Source: Sphingomonas sp.
GTDB lineage: Bacteria > Pseudomonadota > Alphaproteobacteria > Sphingomonadales > Sphingomonadaceae
DNA length: 64,000 nt
Assembly (NCBI RefSeq): GCF_045810705.1
Contig: NZ_JBJMVI010000008.1
Span: 39,142-103,141, forward strand
Reading direction: 5' to 3'
A program made the translations under genes and the position numbers. Below are positions 1 through 9,543 of this stretch, in pieces. Position 1 is the stretch's first letter. Each line of letters starts with the position of its first letter. The notes under the pieces are model-generated. The model ran no database searches and was not told the origin of the DNA. It saw only the letters and a program-made list of their open reading frames with translations.

Positions 1-2303
1 AAATCGTCGCGCCGATCCGACCAGCGCAAGCCACCGCGCGCGACCGGGCCGCCGCGCAAGTGGATTCCCTCGACACGCGGCGAATAGACCCAGATCTCGC
101 GCCACGGCACCGGTGCGGGCAGGCCAGGCACCATGCTGCTGTCGATCTTGAACGCGAGCGCTTCCTCGGCCGCAGGCGCGAACGCATTGGTGCGCACGAT
201 CGCCTCGACCAGTGCGCGCAAGCGCCGCAGGATCCGGTCGTCGTCGATCGAGCGCACCTTCGTGAGGCTGCGCTCTAGCTGCTCATGGTAGCCGGCGACC
301 TGCTCGTTGCGCTCTCTGGTCGCCGGATCGTGGGCCGTCACGAACAGCCCGATCAACGCGCGGGTCGCGTTGGGCGCCCGGCGTAGGGCGTCGACGACAG
401 TGACCAGTCCGAAGCTGCTGCCGGTCTGGCGCAGGTAACGGAACCAGGCGCGCAGCCAGACAACCGCCTGCATGTCGAGATCTGCGTAGAGCACGAGCTG
501 GTTGAACTCGTCGTCCTCGGCGCTGCAGCGAAGGACCCTCGCGATCGCGTCTTCGATCTCGGATGCGCGGCGAAGGATCGCCTGCTCGTCGGTGCCGGCG
601 CTGACCTCAACCCGGAAGTCGTGGATGTAACCGTTGCCGCCGCTAAGCGCAGTCGGGAATTCCTCGAGCACTCGGAAGCCGAAATTCTCGAGGACCGGGA
701 CCACGTCGGACAGCGGGATGAGCGCGCCCCTGCGGTACGTCTTGAGCCGGAAATAACCGGGCGGATCGATGTCCAGCCGCGACAGGCGCACGGCGCGGTC
801 GTCTTCGTCCGCGAGGTCGCACAACCGCAGGATGTCGGCCGCGCCTTCCTCGGGCGCGGTGCGGGCGCGGTATCCGTCGGGAAAGCTGTTGATATAGGTC
901 AGCGCCAGCCTGGTCGCGCGAGGAACTCCGGCAGCAGCGATCAGCTCGCCCTCGACCGCGGGCGACCAGCCCCGCACCATCTCGACGACGGCGGCATCGA
1001 GACCCGCCGCATCGGGCGATGGAGCCTCCTCATCGATATATTGCGTGTAGCGGATAAGCGCGAGGTCGCCGTCGCCGAGCTCGACCGACCAGCTGGTGAT
1101 CTCGCGGCCGACCTCATGCTCGAGCAGCATCGCGATCGCGGTGCGGCGGGCGGTGGTCAGTTCCTCTCGGGGGAGCCAGACGAAGGTGAACAGCTGGCCT
1201 TTGAGGATCGAGCGGACCTGCAGCAGCGCCGGGCGCGGGCGGTCGGCAAGCGACATCGCCATCATCACCAGTGCGCGCAGCGACTGATAATCGACCGCAA
1301 TGACTAGGTCGCGCGGCAACGACGCGACGGCGTGGCGAAGCGCCTTGCCGGAATGGCCCTTGGGATCGAAGCCGAAGTCGTCCGCCAACTGCTTGAGGCG
1401 CTCACGCAGCACGGGCACCTTTTCGGGCGGGACTCGCAACGCCTCGCTGGTCCACAAGCCAGCGTGAACCCCGATGCCGGTGATCCTACCCTCGTCCACG
1501 ACCGGGATGACGACGAGGTCGAGCGGCACGCGACGATGGACGGTTGATTTGCGTTCGGCCTTGGCCATCAGCGGTGCGACGCCGCCTTTTTCGAAATAGC
1601 GCATCGCGCCATAGGCACCGCCTTCATCGGTCGGGGCACCGGGGATGCTGAAGATGCCGAGCGCGTCCGACGGGACTTCGTGGGGCTTTTCGACGTGGTA
1701 GCCGAGCAGGGTCATTGCGCCGTCCGCGAACCAATTGAGCAGCGCCGCCCCTTCGGCATCTGGAATCGCGGCAGCGTCCTTGCGCATCAGGCTCTGCAGC
1801 GATTCCCAGTCGCGCACCGCAAGCCGAACGTCGCCCAGCACCCGACGCAGGTCGGCAGCGAGCTCCTGACGCCCGCGCGCGTCGGCGCGGTCGAGCTCGA
1901 GATACATCATCGACTCGCGCCGCTTCTTGTCGCCGCACAACGATTCAACCGATCGCAGCTCGCCTGCCGCGTCGCGGGTGACGCACACGACCGGGTGGAG
2001 CAGGCGATGAATGGTAAGCTGCCGGGACGCGATCGCATTGGCGACTGAATCGACCAGGAAGGGCATGTCGTCGTTGACGATGCCGATGCGCATTCGGCGG
2101 TTACCCGCCTCGCCGCCAATCGATTCGATCGACAGGGCGAGGTCGCCCGCCTCGCGGGTCGCAGCGAGCTCGGCGAGGAATTCGGCGGCCGCGCGTTCGC
2201 CTTCGCGGGTCAGTCCCTGAGTTTCGCCGGGAATCGCGTTTCCGGTCAGCGCCTTTCTGATTGACTCGACCAAGGGCGGGTCCAGGCGCTGGTGGGCCGT
2301 CAT
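1..2303 (-). CDS. gdhB: NAD-specific glutamate dehydrogenase (large GdhB type), 5' part; runs off the window start
   Basis: ATG at 2303 gives MTAHQRLDPPLVESIRKAL...RMRIGIVNDDMPFLVDSVANAIASRQLTIHRLLHPVV, the typical N-terminus of large NAD-GDH; no stop seen before base 1, which explains its absence from the ORF track. Confidence 0.9.
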   Translation of the reverse strand, partial: MTAHQRLDPPLVESIRKALTGNAIPGETQGLTREGERAAAEFLAELAATREAGDLALSIESIGGEAGNRRMRIGIVNDDMPFLVDSVANAIASRQLTIHRLLHPVVCVTRDAAGELRSVESLCGDKKRRESMMYLELDRADARGRQELAADLRRVLGDVRLAVRDWESLQSLMRKDAAAIPDAEGAALLNWFADGAMTLLGYHVEKPHEVPSDALGIFSIPGAPTDEGGAYGAMRYFEKGGVAPLMAKAERKSTVHRRVPLDLVVIPVVDEGRITGIGVHAGLWTSEALRVPPEKVPVLRERLKQLADDFGFDPKGHSGKALRHAVASLPRDLVIAVDYQSLRALVMMAMSLADRPRPALLQVRSILKGQLFTFVWLPREELTTARRTAIAMLLEHEVGREITSWSVELGDGDLALIRYTQYIDEEAPSPDAAGLDAAVVEMVRGWSPAVEGELIAAAGVPRATRLALTYINSFPDGYRARTAPEEGAADILRLCDLADEDDRAVRLSRLDIDPPGYFRLKTYRRGALIPLSDVVPVLENFGFRVLEEFPTALSGGNGYIHDFRVEVSAGTDEQAILRRASEIEDAIARVLRCSAEDDEFNQLVLYADLDMQAVVWLRAWFRYLRQTGSSFGLVTVVDALRRAPNATRALIGLFVTAHDPATRERNEQVAGYHEQLERSLTKVRSIDDDRILRRLRALVEAIVRTNAFAPAAEEALAFKIDSSMVPGLPAPVPWREIWVYSPRVEGIHLRGGPVARGGLRWSDRRDD

Positions 2304-2384
2304 GTAGGGAACTTGCTCCGAAACGATCGTAGGGTGCCGGCGGGGCTATAGACCTGCGGTCAATGAGCGGACAACCCTCGGCGG

Positions 2385-3746
2385 TCAGGCGATGCGGCGG
2401 ATCGCCCGTTCGACCAGGGCCGCGTCAGCAACCAATGCGACCGGCTCGTGCCGGCCGTCGGGACCTCGGCGCGTGATCACGACCGCGAACTCCTCTTCGG
2501 CCGGAACGTCGTCGAGCGAGATGGTCGGTGCTGCCCGGAGCTTCGCCCGAGCGGATTCGCTTTTGGTGTCGGGCTTCGCATCGGGACGCCGCGCGTGGCG
2601 CTCCGCTGCGACCAGAGCCTTTAGGCCGCCTGGCTGCTTGTCGATGAAGCTTTGAAGCTCGCCGGCCGGTAGTTCCTGGCGATGCGCGAAGGAAAGAGTC
2701 GCAGCAAATTCCGTCAGGCGCGCCTTGTCGTAATCGATCCCGAACACCAGCTTGACGATCGGGGTCATCGGCGCACGCGCCTGCGCCTTTACACCCGATT
2801 CCTCGAGCAGTTCGGCATATTCCTCGGGGTTGGCCTGCGCGGCCAGCGCGAAGTCGTAGGCCAGCGAAAGCGCCTTGTAGAGCGCCGCCCTCGATCGGCC
2901 CTCACCCGCCTTGACGGATTCGGCCGTTTCGCGCGCCGCCCACAGGCGGTCGGCAAGTCCGGCATCGGCGTTGAGCAAGCGTTCGGGCGCGGCCAGTGCA
3001 TCTTCATCGCCCGACGGGCCGTCCTCCCATGCGAAGGGGACGTGGGGCTCTGCGGCCGGTCCTTCTTCCGGCGATTCCGCCGGCGCCGAGAGGTCAGTTG
3101 GTTCGTCGATGATTTCGGCGCGGTGAGCCGGTTCGAGCGGCTGTTCCTCGTCGCGGCCGACCTCGGGTTCAGTGAACTCGACTCTCGGCAACTCGACGGG
3201 GACGTCGATCGCCGACGCGTGGGCATCGACACGCTTCCAGTTGATCACGCCGTAAATAAAGTCGATTTCCTCTCCGTTCGACGAGAAGGGCATGAGGATG
3301 CCGCGGTAGCAGATCGTCGCGCCGGCGGGGTTCTCGAACTCGGCCTCGAAGCCGACCGGCGCGCGGTTGGCGATGATCTGCATATAGTGATCGGTCAGCC
3401 GCGAGAGCAGCGACCGGCTCGGCACGTCGGCGATGGTGCGCACATCGTCGTCGAGGCCGCATTCGTCGCGAATCGCCGTGCCGACATAAGGGATCGCGGG
3501 GTCGTCGCGGCCGCAGGTGAAATCGAGCAGGACGCTGTGGCTGGCGAAGTCCTCGACCTCGCCCGGCTCGAGGTCCTCGATCGTGGGAAAATCGCGTCCG
3601 CGCAGAAGCGAGACCCAATGGTTATAGGCGCGGACATGCATCCGCCGCTCATCGGTGCCGATCGCCGCGGCGACGTCATAAGGTTGCGCAACTTCGCCCG
3701 CCTGCGGCAGGTCGAAGTCGGTCGGATATTCGCGAAAACTATCCAT
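2385..3746 (-). CDS. Conserved hypothetical protein with PAS-like N-terminal domain
   Basis: 453 aa ORF; DERRMHVRAYNHWVSLL...YRGILMPFSSNGEEIDFIYGVINWK is PAS-like, followed by an acidic linker and a helical C-terminal domain. Confidence 0.65.
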   Translation of the reverse strand: MDSFREYPTDFDLPQAGEVAQPYDVAAAIGTDERRMHVRAYNHWVSLLRGRDFPTIEDLEPGEVEDFASHSVLLDFTCGRDDPAIPYVGTAIRDECGLDDDVRTIADVPSRSLLSRLTDHYMQIIANRAPVGFEAEFENPAGATICYRGILMPFSSNGEEIDFIYGVINWKRVDAHASAIDVPVELPRVEFTEPEVGRDEEQPLEPAHRAEIIDEPTDLSAPAESPEEGPAAEPHVPFAWEDGPSGDEDALAAPERLLNADAGLADRLWAARETAESVKAGEGRSRAALYKALSLAYDFALAAQANPEEYAELLEESGVKAQARAPMTPIVKLVFGIDYDKARLTEFAATLSFAHRQELPAGELQSFIDKQPGGLKALVAAERHARRPDAKPDTKSESARAKLRAAPTISLDDVPAEEEFAVVITRRGPDGRHEPVALVADAALVERAIRRIA

Positions 3747-3895
3747 TGACGTGCGCCGGCCCCGCTTTCTCCACTCAGCCGACAGTTTCGCCGAGCCGCG
3801 TTACGAAAGCGTTAAGCATAACTGGTTAGCAGCCGGGTGGCGCTTGCGGGGCTCGGCGGGCGCTGATAGGGGCCGCGCTTCCTGAAAAAGAGCAA

Positions 3896-3971
3896 GCCGC
3901 TTTAGCTCAGCTGGTAGAGCACATCATTCGTAATGATGGGGTCAGGTGTTCGAGTCACCTAAGCGGCACCA
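3896..3971 (+). tRNA. tRNA-Thr (anticodon CGT)
   Basis: 76 nt cloverleaf: acceptor GCCGCTT/AAGCGGC, D arm TAGCTCAGCTGGTAGAGC, anticodon arm CATCA-TTCGTAA-TGATG, T loop GTTCGAGTC, encoded CCA. Confidence 0.97.
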
Positions 3972-3976
3972 CTCCC
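3959..3976 (+). repeat. Putative attL core (tRNA 3' end plus downstream bases) CTAAGCGGCACCACTCCC
   Basis: Aligns 15/18 (one gap, two mismatches) with 36094-36110. Confidence 0.6.
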
Positions 3977-4165
3977 ATAATCTATTCAGAGACTTGGACC
4001 CGGACGCCACGACCGGCGCGTGAATTATCGGGCAAGTTCCGGCACTTGTGCTCAAGCGCGCATCATGTTCTCGCGCCAAGAGAGCAAATTGGCCGCGCCG
4101 AATGGGCGATCTAAGCCCGCGATTCTCTGGAGCCCGAATTCGCTGCCACCAGATGCAGATGCGAG

Positions 4166-5737
4166 TTAACGCGAAGCCTGGTTGAAGCCAAAGTATCGCC
4201 GTTGTTCATCCCATGGGAGCGGGATGTCGGCCGCCCTGAGGAGGCGCCGGCCCGTGATCGTTGCCGGCTGGCGACCTTCGATGATCGCAACAATGATATC
4301 CGGGGCTAGCCAGCTCACTCGCAGAAGCTGCCAGAGGTGCCGCTTACTGTAGCGCGAAACGATAGGATCGGGATCACTCGTGAGTGCACTTTGCTGCGCC
4401 AGCACGGCAAGCGTGATCAGCTTAACGAGCACCGGGTCGGCGTCCTCGGGCGCCGCGTCGCTGGGACGCAGAACCAGCTTAAGCTCGTTGCCTCGCCGAG
4501 CGAGATCGGCTGGAATGAGGATCTGGTTTTCGACGTCGTCACCGATGTTCACGACGATCTTTGACGATTTGAGCTGAACCCTGACATTGTTCTCAAGCAA
4601 CATCCTGCGCTGCTCCGGAACGCTGCACTGGTCCAAACCTATGGGCTCTTCGAAGGGGGAGCCCAGCTCGGCAGCGCGGCGGGTCAAGGCTGTCTCGACG
4701 CAGCGCAAAACAGCGCGGTCGATATCACCTGCCGGTATCCGCCAAGCGGGCTTCCGATCCTCAGCTGGCTTCAGTCGAGTGACATAGTAGCGATGCTGAC
4801 GAGTTCCCTTCGTCGTGAAGACCGGCGTCATCGGCCGACCATCTTCGTTCGTGATCAGGCCTGTGAGTAGGCTCGGCGTGCGGGTTCGTTTCCCATGCAG
4901 GCGTTCGCGCCGATTGGTCGCCAACAGCAGTTGGACCTGGTCCCAAACGCCGTCGTCGATGATGGCATCATGCTCGCCATCGAACAGTTCGTCGCGATGG
5001 CTCACTTTGCCGACGAAGAGCGGGTTCTGGAGCAGTTGGGCGAGAGACCCTCGGGTAAAGAAGACACCCCCGACGGATCGCCCATTCGCAAATGACCGAA
5101 CCTTCGTTCGAATGCCGACAGTGGCAAGCTCATCGGCGAGAGCACCGACCGAACCGAGTTCGAGGTACCTGCGAAAGATCAGCCGAACCGTCTCTGCCTC
5201 CGGCTCCTCGATCAGGAGCTTCCGGCTCTCCAGCCGATAGCCAATAGGAATCGGACCACCCATCCACATGCCTTTGCGCTTCGACGCCGCAACCTTGTCG
5301 CGGATCCGCTCGCTGGTGACCTCGCGCTCGAACTGCGCGAACGACAACAGCACATTCAGCGTCAGCCGACCCATGCTGGTTGTGGTGTTGAACGACTGTG
5401 TAACGCTGACAAACGAGGCGCCGGCTTTGTCTAGCACTTCAACTATACGAGCGAAGTCGGCGAGACTTCGGGTCAAGCGGTCGATCTTGTAGACGACGAT
5501 GACGTCCACCCTTCCGGCGGCTACGTCGGCAAGCAATTGCTGGAGCGCCGGCCTGGCCATGTTCCCGCCAGACCAGCCCCCATCGTCATAATGCTCGTTG
5601 ACCCGCTCCCAGCCTTCATGAGCCTGGCTGAGGATGTAGGCAGCACAAGCTTCACGCTGGGCATCGAGACTGTTGAATGCCTGCTCCAATCCCTCTTCCG
5701 TCGACTTCCGGGTGTAGATGGCGCAGCGCCGCTTCAT
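4166..5737 (-). CDS. Large serine recombinase (resolvase + recombinase domains)
   Basis: MKRRCAIYTRKS (catalytic Ser), YDDGGWSG, VVYKIDRLTRS, SFAQFERE; ATG at 5737 overlaps the DUF2924 stop (ATGA), so the ORF-track start at 5800 is probably too long. Confidence 0.95.
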   Translation of the reverse strand: MKRRCAIYTRKSTEEGLEQAFNSLDAQREACAAYILSQAHEGWERVNEHYDDGGWSGGNMARPALQQLLADVAAGRVDVIVVYKIDRLTRSLADFARIVEVLDKAGASFVSVTQSFNTTTSMGRLTLNVLLSFAQFEREVTSERIRDKVAASKRKGMWMGGPIPIGYRLESRKLLIEEPEAETVRLIFRRYLELGSVGALADELATVGIRTKVRSFANGRSVGGVFFTRGSLAQLLQNPLFVGKVSHRDELFDGEHDAIIDDGVWDQVQLLLATNRRERLHGKRTRTPSLLTGLITNEDGRPMTPVFTTKGTRQHRYYVTRLKPAEDRKPAWRIPAGDIDRAVLRCVETALTRRAAELGSPFEEPIGLDQCSVPEQRRMLLENNVRVQLKSSKIVVNIGDDVENQILIPADLARRGNELKLVLRPSDAAPEDADPVLVKLITLAVLAQQSALTSDPDPIVSRYSKRHLWQLLRVSWLAPDIIVAIIEGRQPATITGRRLLRAADIPLPWDEQRRYFGFNQASR

Positions 5738-6186
5738 TGCTCGGCCACTCGGCTGACCGATTTGCGCTTCTTTAGGCCGAAGAAGGTCGGTCCTGACCAA
5801 TGGGTGCCAGTGATGGCCGTCGCGACCTGCGTCAATGAGCTGAAGCGCCTCGCGTCATACTCGTAGCCATCATCGAGCACGAGCACATGGTGCACCCTGC
5901 CCTGCCATTGCCGGACGAGCCTCGTTCCGGACTTAAGCGATGGTCGCTTCGAGTTGATCAGCTCTTCGCCTCGCCGGAGCCGATCGGCGGCCCGCTCCAG
6001 CTCGCGTTTGATGTGGCTCGGCACATCGCCATGCACACGCGACTGAAGCTTCCAGGCAATGCCTCGTCGGAGCAGGTCCGGCCCGATATCGGGGGCCGGC
6101 TTGCGCCAGCACTCGCGCCATTTGGCGCGGAGCTGCGCCGGAGACATTCCGGGCAGCTCCGCCAGTTGCTGTTCGAGAGCACTCAT
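5734..6186 (-). CDS. DUF2924 family protein
   Basis: LRAKWRECW...LLRRGIAWKLQ...GTRLVRQWQGRVHHV...SLTQVATAITGTHWSGPTFFGL; usual position upstream of this recombinase type. Confidence 0.9.
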   Translation of the reverse strand: MSALEQQLAELPGMSPAQLRAKWRECWRKPAPDIGPDLLRRGIAWKLQSRVHGDVPSHIKRELERAADRLRRGEELINSKRPSLKSGTRLVRQWQGRVHHVLVLDDGYEYDARRFSSLTQVATAITGTHWSGPTFFGLKKRKSVSRVAEQ

Positions 6187-6416
6187 TCGGCCCTGGCCGC
6201 AGCTGGCGCCGCCTCGATCCGATAGGCTGTTTTGCCATCCGGCCGCTCCTCTTTGAGCAGGTTGCTAGTCTTCCGCACGCCCGTCAGGAAGGCGCGGCAG
6301 CTGTGCTCCTTCCAGCCGGTAGACTTCATGATCTCGACGAGGGTCGCGCCATTGCCACGGGAGAGCATCTTCTTGACGGTCGCGCTCTTGGAGAGTTTCT
6401 TTGTCTGCTTGGCCAT
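6183..6416 (-). CDS. DUF3489 family protein (small winged-helix-like)
   Basis: KSATVKKMLSRGNGATLVEIMKSTGWKEHSCRAFLTG...YRI; overlaps the DUF2924 start. Confidence 0.85.
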   Translation of the reverse strand: MAKQTKKLSKSATVKKMLSRGNGATLVEIMKSTGWKEHSCRAFLTGVRKTSNLLKEERPDGKTAYRIEAAPAAARAE

Positions 6417-6604
6417 TGTGGGTCTCCTTGCGCCAGCATGATGGCTGGCACTGACCCAAGCCGCGGACCTCGGCGGCGTATCGCGGCGTTACCGCTAGTC
6501 AGCGGCACATGTGACCAACGCTCCGTTGGGAAGGACAGTCAAGCGCCAAGAAGCAAAAGCCAGCGAAGACGACTTTCGGCGCTCAGGCCTTTTCCCGACC
6601 GGGC

Positions 6605-7984
6605 TTAGGACGACAGATCAGTAAAGCCCGGATTGAAGCCCCGCAGCTCCGTACTTGCCATCACCACTTCGCGCGAATTCATATCTCGCAACGTCAGGTC
6701 GAGGACGTCGAGCCCCGCGACACCATTGAGGCGGCGCAGGACTTCCGCGATGGCAAGGCCCGCCGCGACAGTCCCGACGAAAGGCGCGCCCACAGTTCGG
6801 GACGCCAACGTGACAAGGCCGCATTCATCGAAACCAGCTTCGCCGAGCCGTTCGTAGGCCGGAGCGTGTCGGGTTGAGGTAGCCGCAGCCTCCCCTTCGT
6901 CGCGCCAAATATCCCGCGCCGGACGGGATCCTGGGAAGGAATGCAGGCGCATGGCCAGATATTCGGTCGGGCCAGCGCCGAGACCGGCCTCGACGACGAG
7001 ATCGAAGCCCGCGCCTTCGAGCGCCGCCCTCGCCGCGGCATTATCGACGCCGCACAGCGCAACCCGCGGATCGTCGGGCTGAAGAACAATGTCGCCAGCG
7101 AAGCGGCGTTCAATCATCCGCGTCCTGAAGCCCCTGAGCTCCGCCCAAGCAGCCATTGCGCGGGTTTTGCGTTGGCCGATGAGCGCGTCATTGGTCAGCG
7201 GCGACGTACTGTCGTTCGAGGCCGCGAGGCTGTCGAAATCCTGGAGCGTCAATTCGACTTCCTCGGGTCGCGCGTAGGGAAGTAAACCTAGGGCCCAGAG
7301 ATAGGCCTGCCCGAGATGACCAAGGCCAATCAGCCAGAGGTGAGACGGCGCGACAAAGCCCCTGGGCCCCGGAGCCGAAACGTCCCAGTCCCGTACTTCT
7401 GGGCGCCACAGGTTCATGCCGACGCGGCGGCGCGCAGCCATGGGATTGCCGCGAAAGTTCTGGAAGATTTCGCTGACGCCGAGGGCTCCGGCCACCATCG
7501 CCGCAAGGACATCGCGGGGTTCGTCATCAAATGTTTTGTCCTCGTCGGCCGGAAAAACGCCAGCGCGCCAGCCGCCGTATGCCACCTTCAGTGCGAGCTC
7601 TGATAGGCCCTCCGGAGCCTCCCCCAGAATCAGCGCGGGCACTTCGCCCGACAAGGCCTCTGAGATGGATCCGCCGAGCGTCAACACCGCGCTGCCCACG
7701 GTCGCTCCGAGGCCCGGCAGCGACAAGAGCAACGGGACACCGAGATTGCCGACGACGCTGACACCGCCGAGCAACGCGCGCCGGGCGCAGTTAACGATCG
7801 TCAGCAGAGCCGCCTGGCCGGCAGGGGACGCGGCCTCAACTTCATCCACACTGACCGAAAGCCGGTACCTGCCGAACAGCGCATAAGCTTCATCAAGTGA
7901 GTGCACTTCACCTGTGTCGAGCGCCATTTTGACAACGCGGTGCAACGTATCCGCAGAAATCACTGAAGGCCGATTCATCGCCAC
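6605..7984 (-). CDS. Ubiquitin-activating E1-like (ThiF/MoeB fold) protein, BilD-like
   Basis: C-terminal adenylation domain LIGLGHLGQ...QDFD...SN...KT...CGVDN...EAGLG, a degenerate N-terminal ThiF-like half, and candidate catalytic Cys in FDECG. Confidence 0.88.
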   Translation of the reverse strand: MAMNRPSVISADTLHRVVKMALDTGEVHSLDEAYALFGRYRLSVSVDEVEAASPAGQAALLTIVNCARRALLGGVSVVGNLGVPLLLSLPGLGATVGSAVLTLGGSISEALSGEVPALILGEAPEGLSELALKVAYGGWRAGVFPADEDKTFDDEPRDVLAAMVAGALGVSEIFQNFRGNPMAARRRVGMNLWRPEVRDWDVSAPGPRGFVAPSHLWLIGLGHLGQAYLWALGLLPYARPEEVELTLQDFDSLAASNDSTSPLTNDALIGQRKTRAMAAWAELRGFRTRMIERRFAGDIVLQPDDPRVALCGVDNAAARAALEGAGFDLVVEAGLGAGPTEYLAMRLHSFPGSRPARDIWRDEGEAAATSTRHAPAYERLGEAGFDECGLVTLASRTVGAPFVGTVAAGLAIAEVLRRLNGVAGLDVLDLTLRDMNSREVVMASTELRGFNPGFTDLSS

Positions 7985-8463
7985 GTTCCCGTCCTCACAA
8001 TCGAGCGAGCCTGCCAGCCGCTAAGGTCCACCCATCGATGGGAGCCAAGATATTGATAGACGCCAAGATGGTGGCGCCAGATCGGTCGCTCCGCGAGCCG
8101 CGGCACGATCAGCGCCAAGTGTCCGGGCTTTGCGATCATCGGATTGGTGCGATCGGAAGAGCTTTGCCGAGCGCGGCCGTTATTGCCGTGAAGATGGGCA
8201 TCGGCCACGACCTTGAGGCCGGTGGTTCGGCAATGCGCCCAAAGCGTCTCGAATGAATCCGCTTCGAGGATGCAGATGCCCGATGAATAGGCGTTTGCGT
8301 CGAGGTCATCGTAGAAGATGATGCTGCTGACCTCGCGATCGGTGCCGTCGATCGCACCAAGGAGGAACGCGCCGCTCTCGTGCCGGCCTTCGCTCCGCTC
8401 GTGAAGCTCGTCCAGAAGATCGAACCAGCGGGCGCGTCCGATGTGCAGCCGGGGCGCGCTCAC
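7975..8463 (-). CDS. JAB/JAMM metallo-deubiquitinase, BilC-like
   Basis: HESGAFLLG (catalytic Glu region) and AHLHGNNGRARQSSSD (HxH...SxxD JAMM motif). Confidence 0.88.
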   Translation of the reverse strand: MSAPRLHIGRARWFDLLDELHERSEGRHESGAFLLGAIDGTDREVSSIIFYDDLDANAYSSGICILEADSFETLWAHCRTTGLKVVADAHLHGNNGRARQSSSDRTNPMIAKPGHLALIVPRLAERPIWRHHLGVYQYLGSHRWVDLSGWQARSIVRTGTWR

Positions 8464-8951
8464 GACCGCTTCCCGTGATAAGAACTCGAGTTGAGCAGTT
8501 CGTGGACGGCTTCAAGGTAAAGGACGATGCCTTTCGCCGGGTCCCAGACCTGCGCAGGATGATCGGTCAGCCATTGCGGGTGGCCTTCGAAGCTCTGACG
8601 ATCGCACGGAAGGTACAGGCACAGCCCGCTTTTCCATTCGATCCGGAAGACGGCCATGAAGCGGTCGCTCCCATGGGGCCAAAGATTGTGGGCAAGGGGC
8701 GCGTTGGCCGCCGTATCCCAGAGGCAGGCGGTCACAGCCTGGCTCGGATAGCCCGAGCATTCGAACCGCAACGCATAGGCCCTCGGGCTATCGCCGCGCT
8801 CGGCGGCGGACACTTCGATCAATACATGCGGCCAATTGACCGACAATAGCTTCCAGCGGCCGCGATGCTCGCCGAGCACGAACTCGGGGCCTTCGAGGTC
8901 CTCGCGGAGCGCCCGCCGATCCGGGCGCTCCAAATCCTCAACTTCGGCCAT
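8460..8951 (-). CDS. Prokaryotic E2-like ubiquitin-conjugating protein, BilB-like
   Basis: YALRFECSGYP...LWD...WP...LYLPCDR (candidate active Cys116)...HPQW...WDP; lies between the Ubl and JAB genes. Confidence 0.8.
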   Translation of the reverse strand: MAEVEDLERPDRRALREDLEGPEFVLGEHRGRWKLLSVNWPHVLIEVSAAERGDSPRAYALRFECSGYPSQAVTACLWDTAANAPLAHNLWPHGSDRFMAVFRIEWKSGLCLYLPCDRQSFEGHPQWLTDHPAQVWDPAKGIVLYLEAVHELLNSSSYHGKRS

Positions 8952-8953
8952 GA

Positions 8954-9442
8954 TCAGCCCTCGACCCGCTTCAGGGGCACGAGGCTGAGCTCGATCCTGC
9001 AGTCGACCGACTTCAGGCTGCCGATCATCGTATCCGGGCTGGGGCGCTCCTTCGTCCCCGAAATCTGGAGCACGTGCTCGGTCGCGTCGGCGGCGCTCAT
9101 CGCAATTTTATCGACGAACCAGGCTTTCACCTCAGCAATGGTCGCCACCGGCGAAAACGGATGCTGCTTGCCGTCGCCGGCAAAATCGACAGTGACATGG
9201 ATCTTCTTGCAGCGATGCAGGCACAGGCGCTGCTTGTTGCCGACGCCCTGGCTTTGAAGTGGATGCTTGTCGTCGAGCGGATCCTCGCGGCCCTCGGCAA
9301 AGACCGAGGTATCGGACAAGTTGGCAAAGCCGAGCTCGACGGCCTTGGCACGGACATCCTTGGTGCCGGCCTTCTCGTCGAACTCGGCAAGCTCGACGCG
9401 CGGGTCACCTTCAAACTGGAGGAAGAGGGTAACTTTCGTCAT
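8954..9442 (-). CDS. Tandem ubiquitin-like protein (two beta-grasp domains, C-terminal Gly), BilA/ISG15-like
   Basis: 162 aa from ATG 9442 (MTKVTLFLQF...) with a second repeat starting KKIHVTVDF; ends VPLKRVEG-stop. Confidence 0.85.
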   Translation of the reverse strand: MTKVTLFLQFEGDPRVELAEFDEKAGTKDVRAKAVELGFANLSDTSVFAEGREDPLDDKHPLQSQGVGNKQRLCLHRCKKIHVTVDFAGDGKQHPFSPVATIAEVKAWFVDKIAMSAADATEHVLQISGTKERPSPDTMIGSLKSVDCRIELSLVPLKRVEG

Positions 9443-9493
9443 GGGATTGTTTCCTTGAAACCGGGCGGCCGAAAAATGACCGTCTGACAAGGC

Positions 9494-9519
9494 CAACCCG
9501 GCGAATCCCAAAACCGGAA
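9494..9519 (-). promoter_or_regulatory. Putative ECF-type promoter upstream of the Ubl operon: TTCCGGTTTTGGGA-TTCGCC-GGGTTG
   Basis: Same motif and spacing as 14344-14369; lies in the 101-bp gap between the helicase and Ubl genes. Confidence 0.6.
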
Positions 9520-9543
9520 ATGGCTTGCGCAAAAAAGGCAGCC

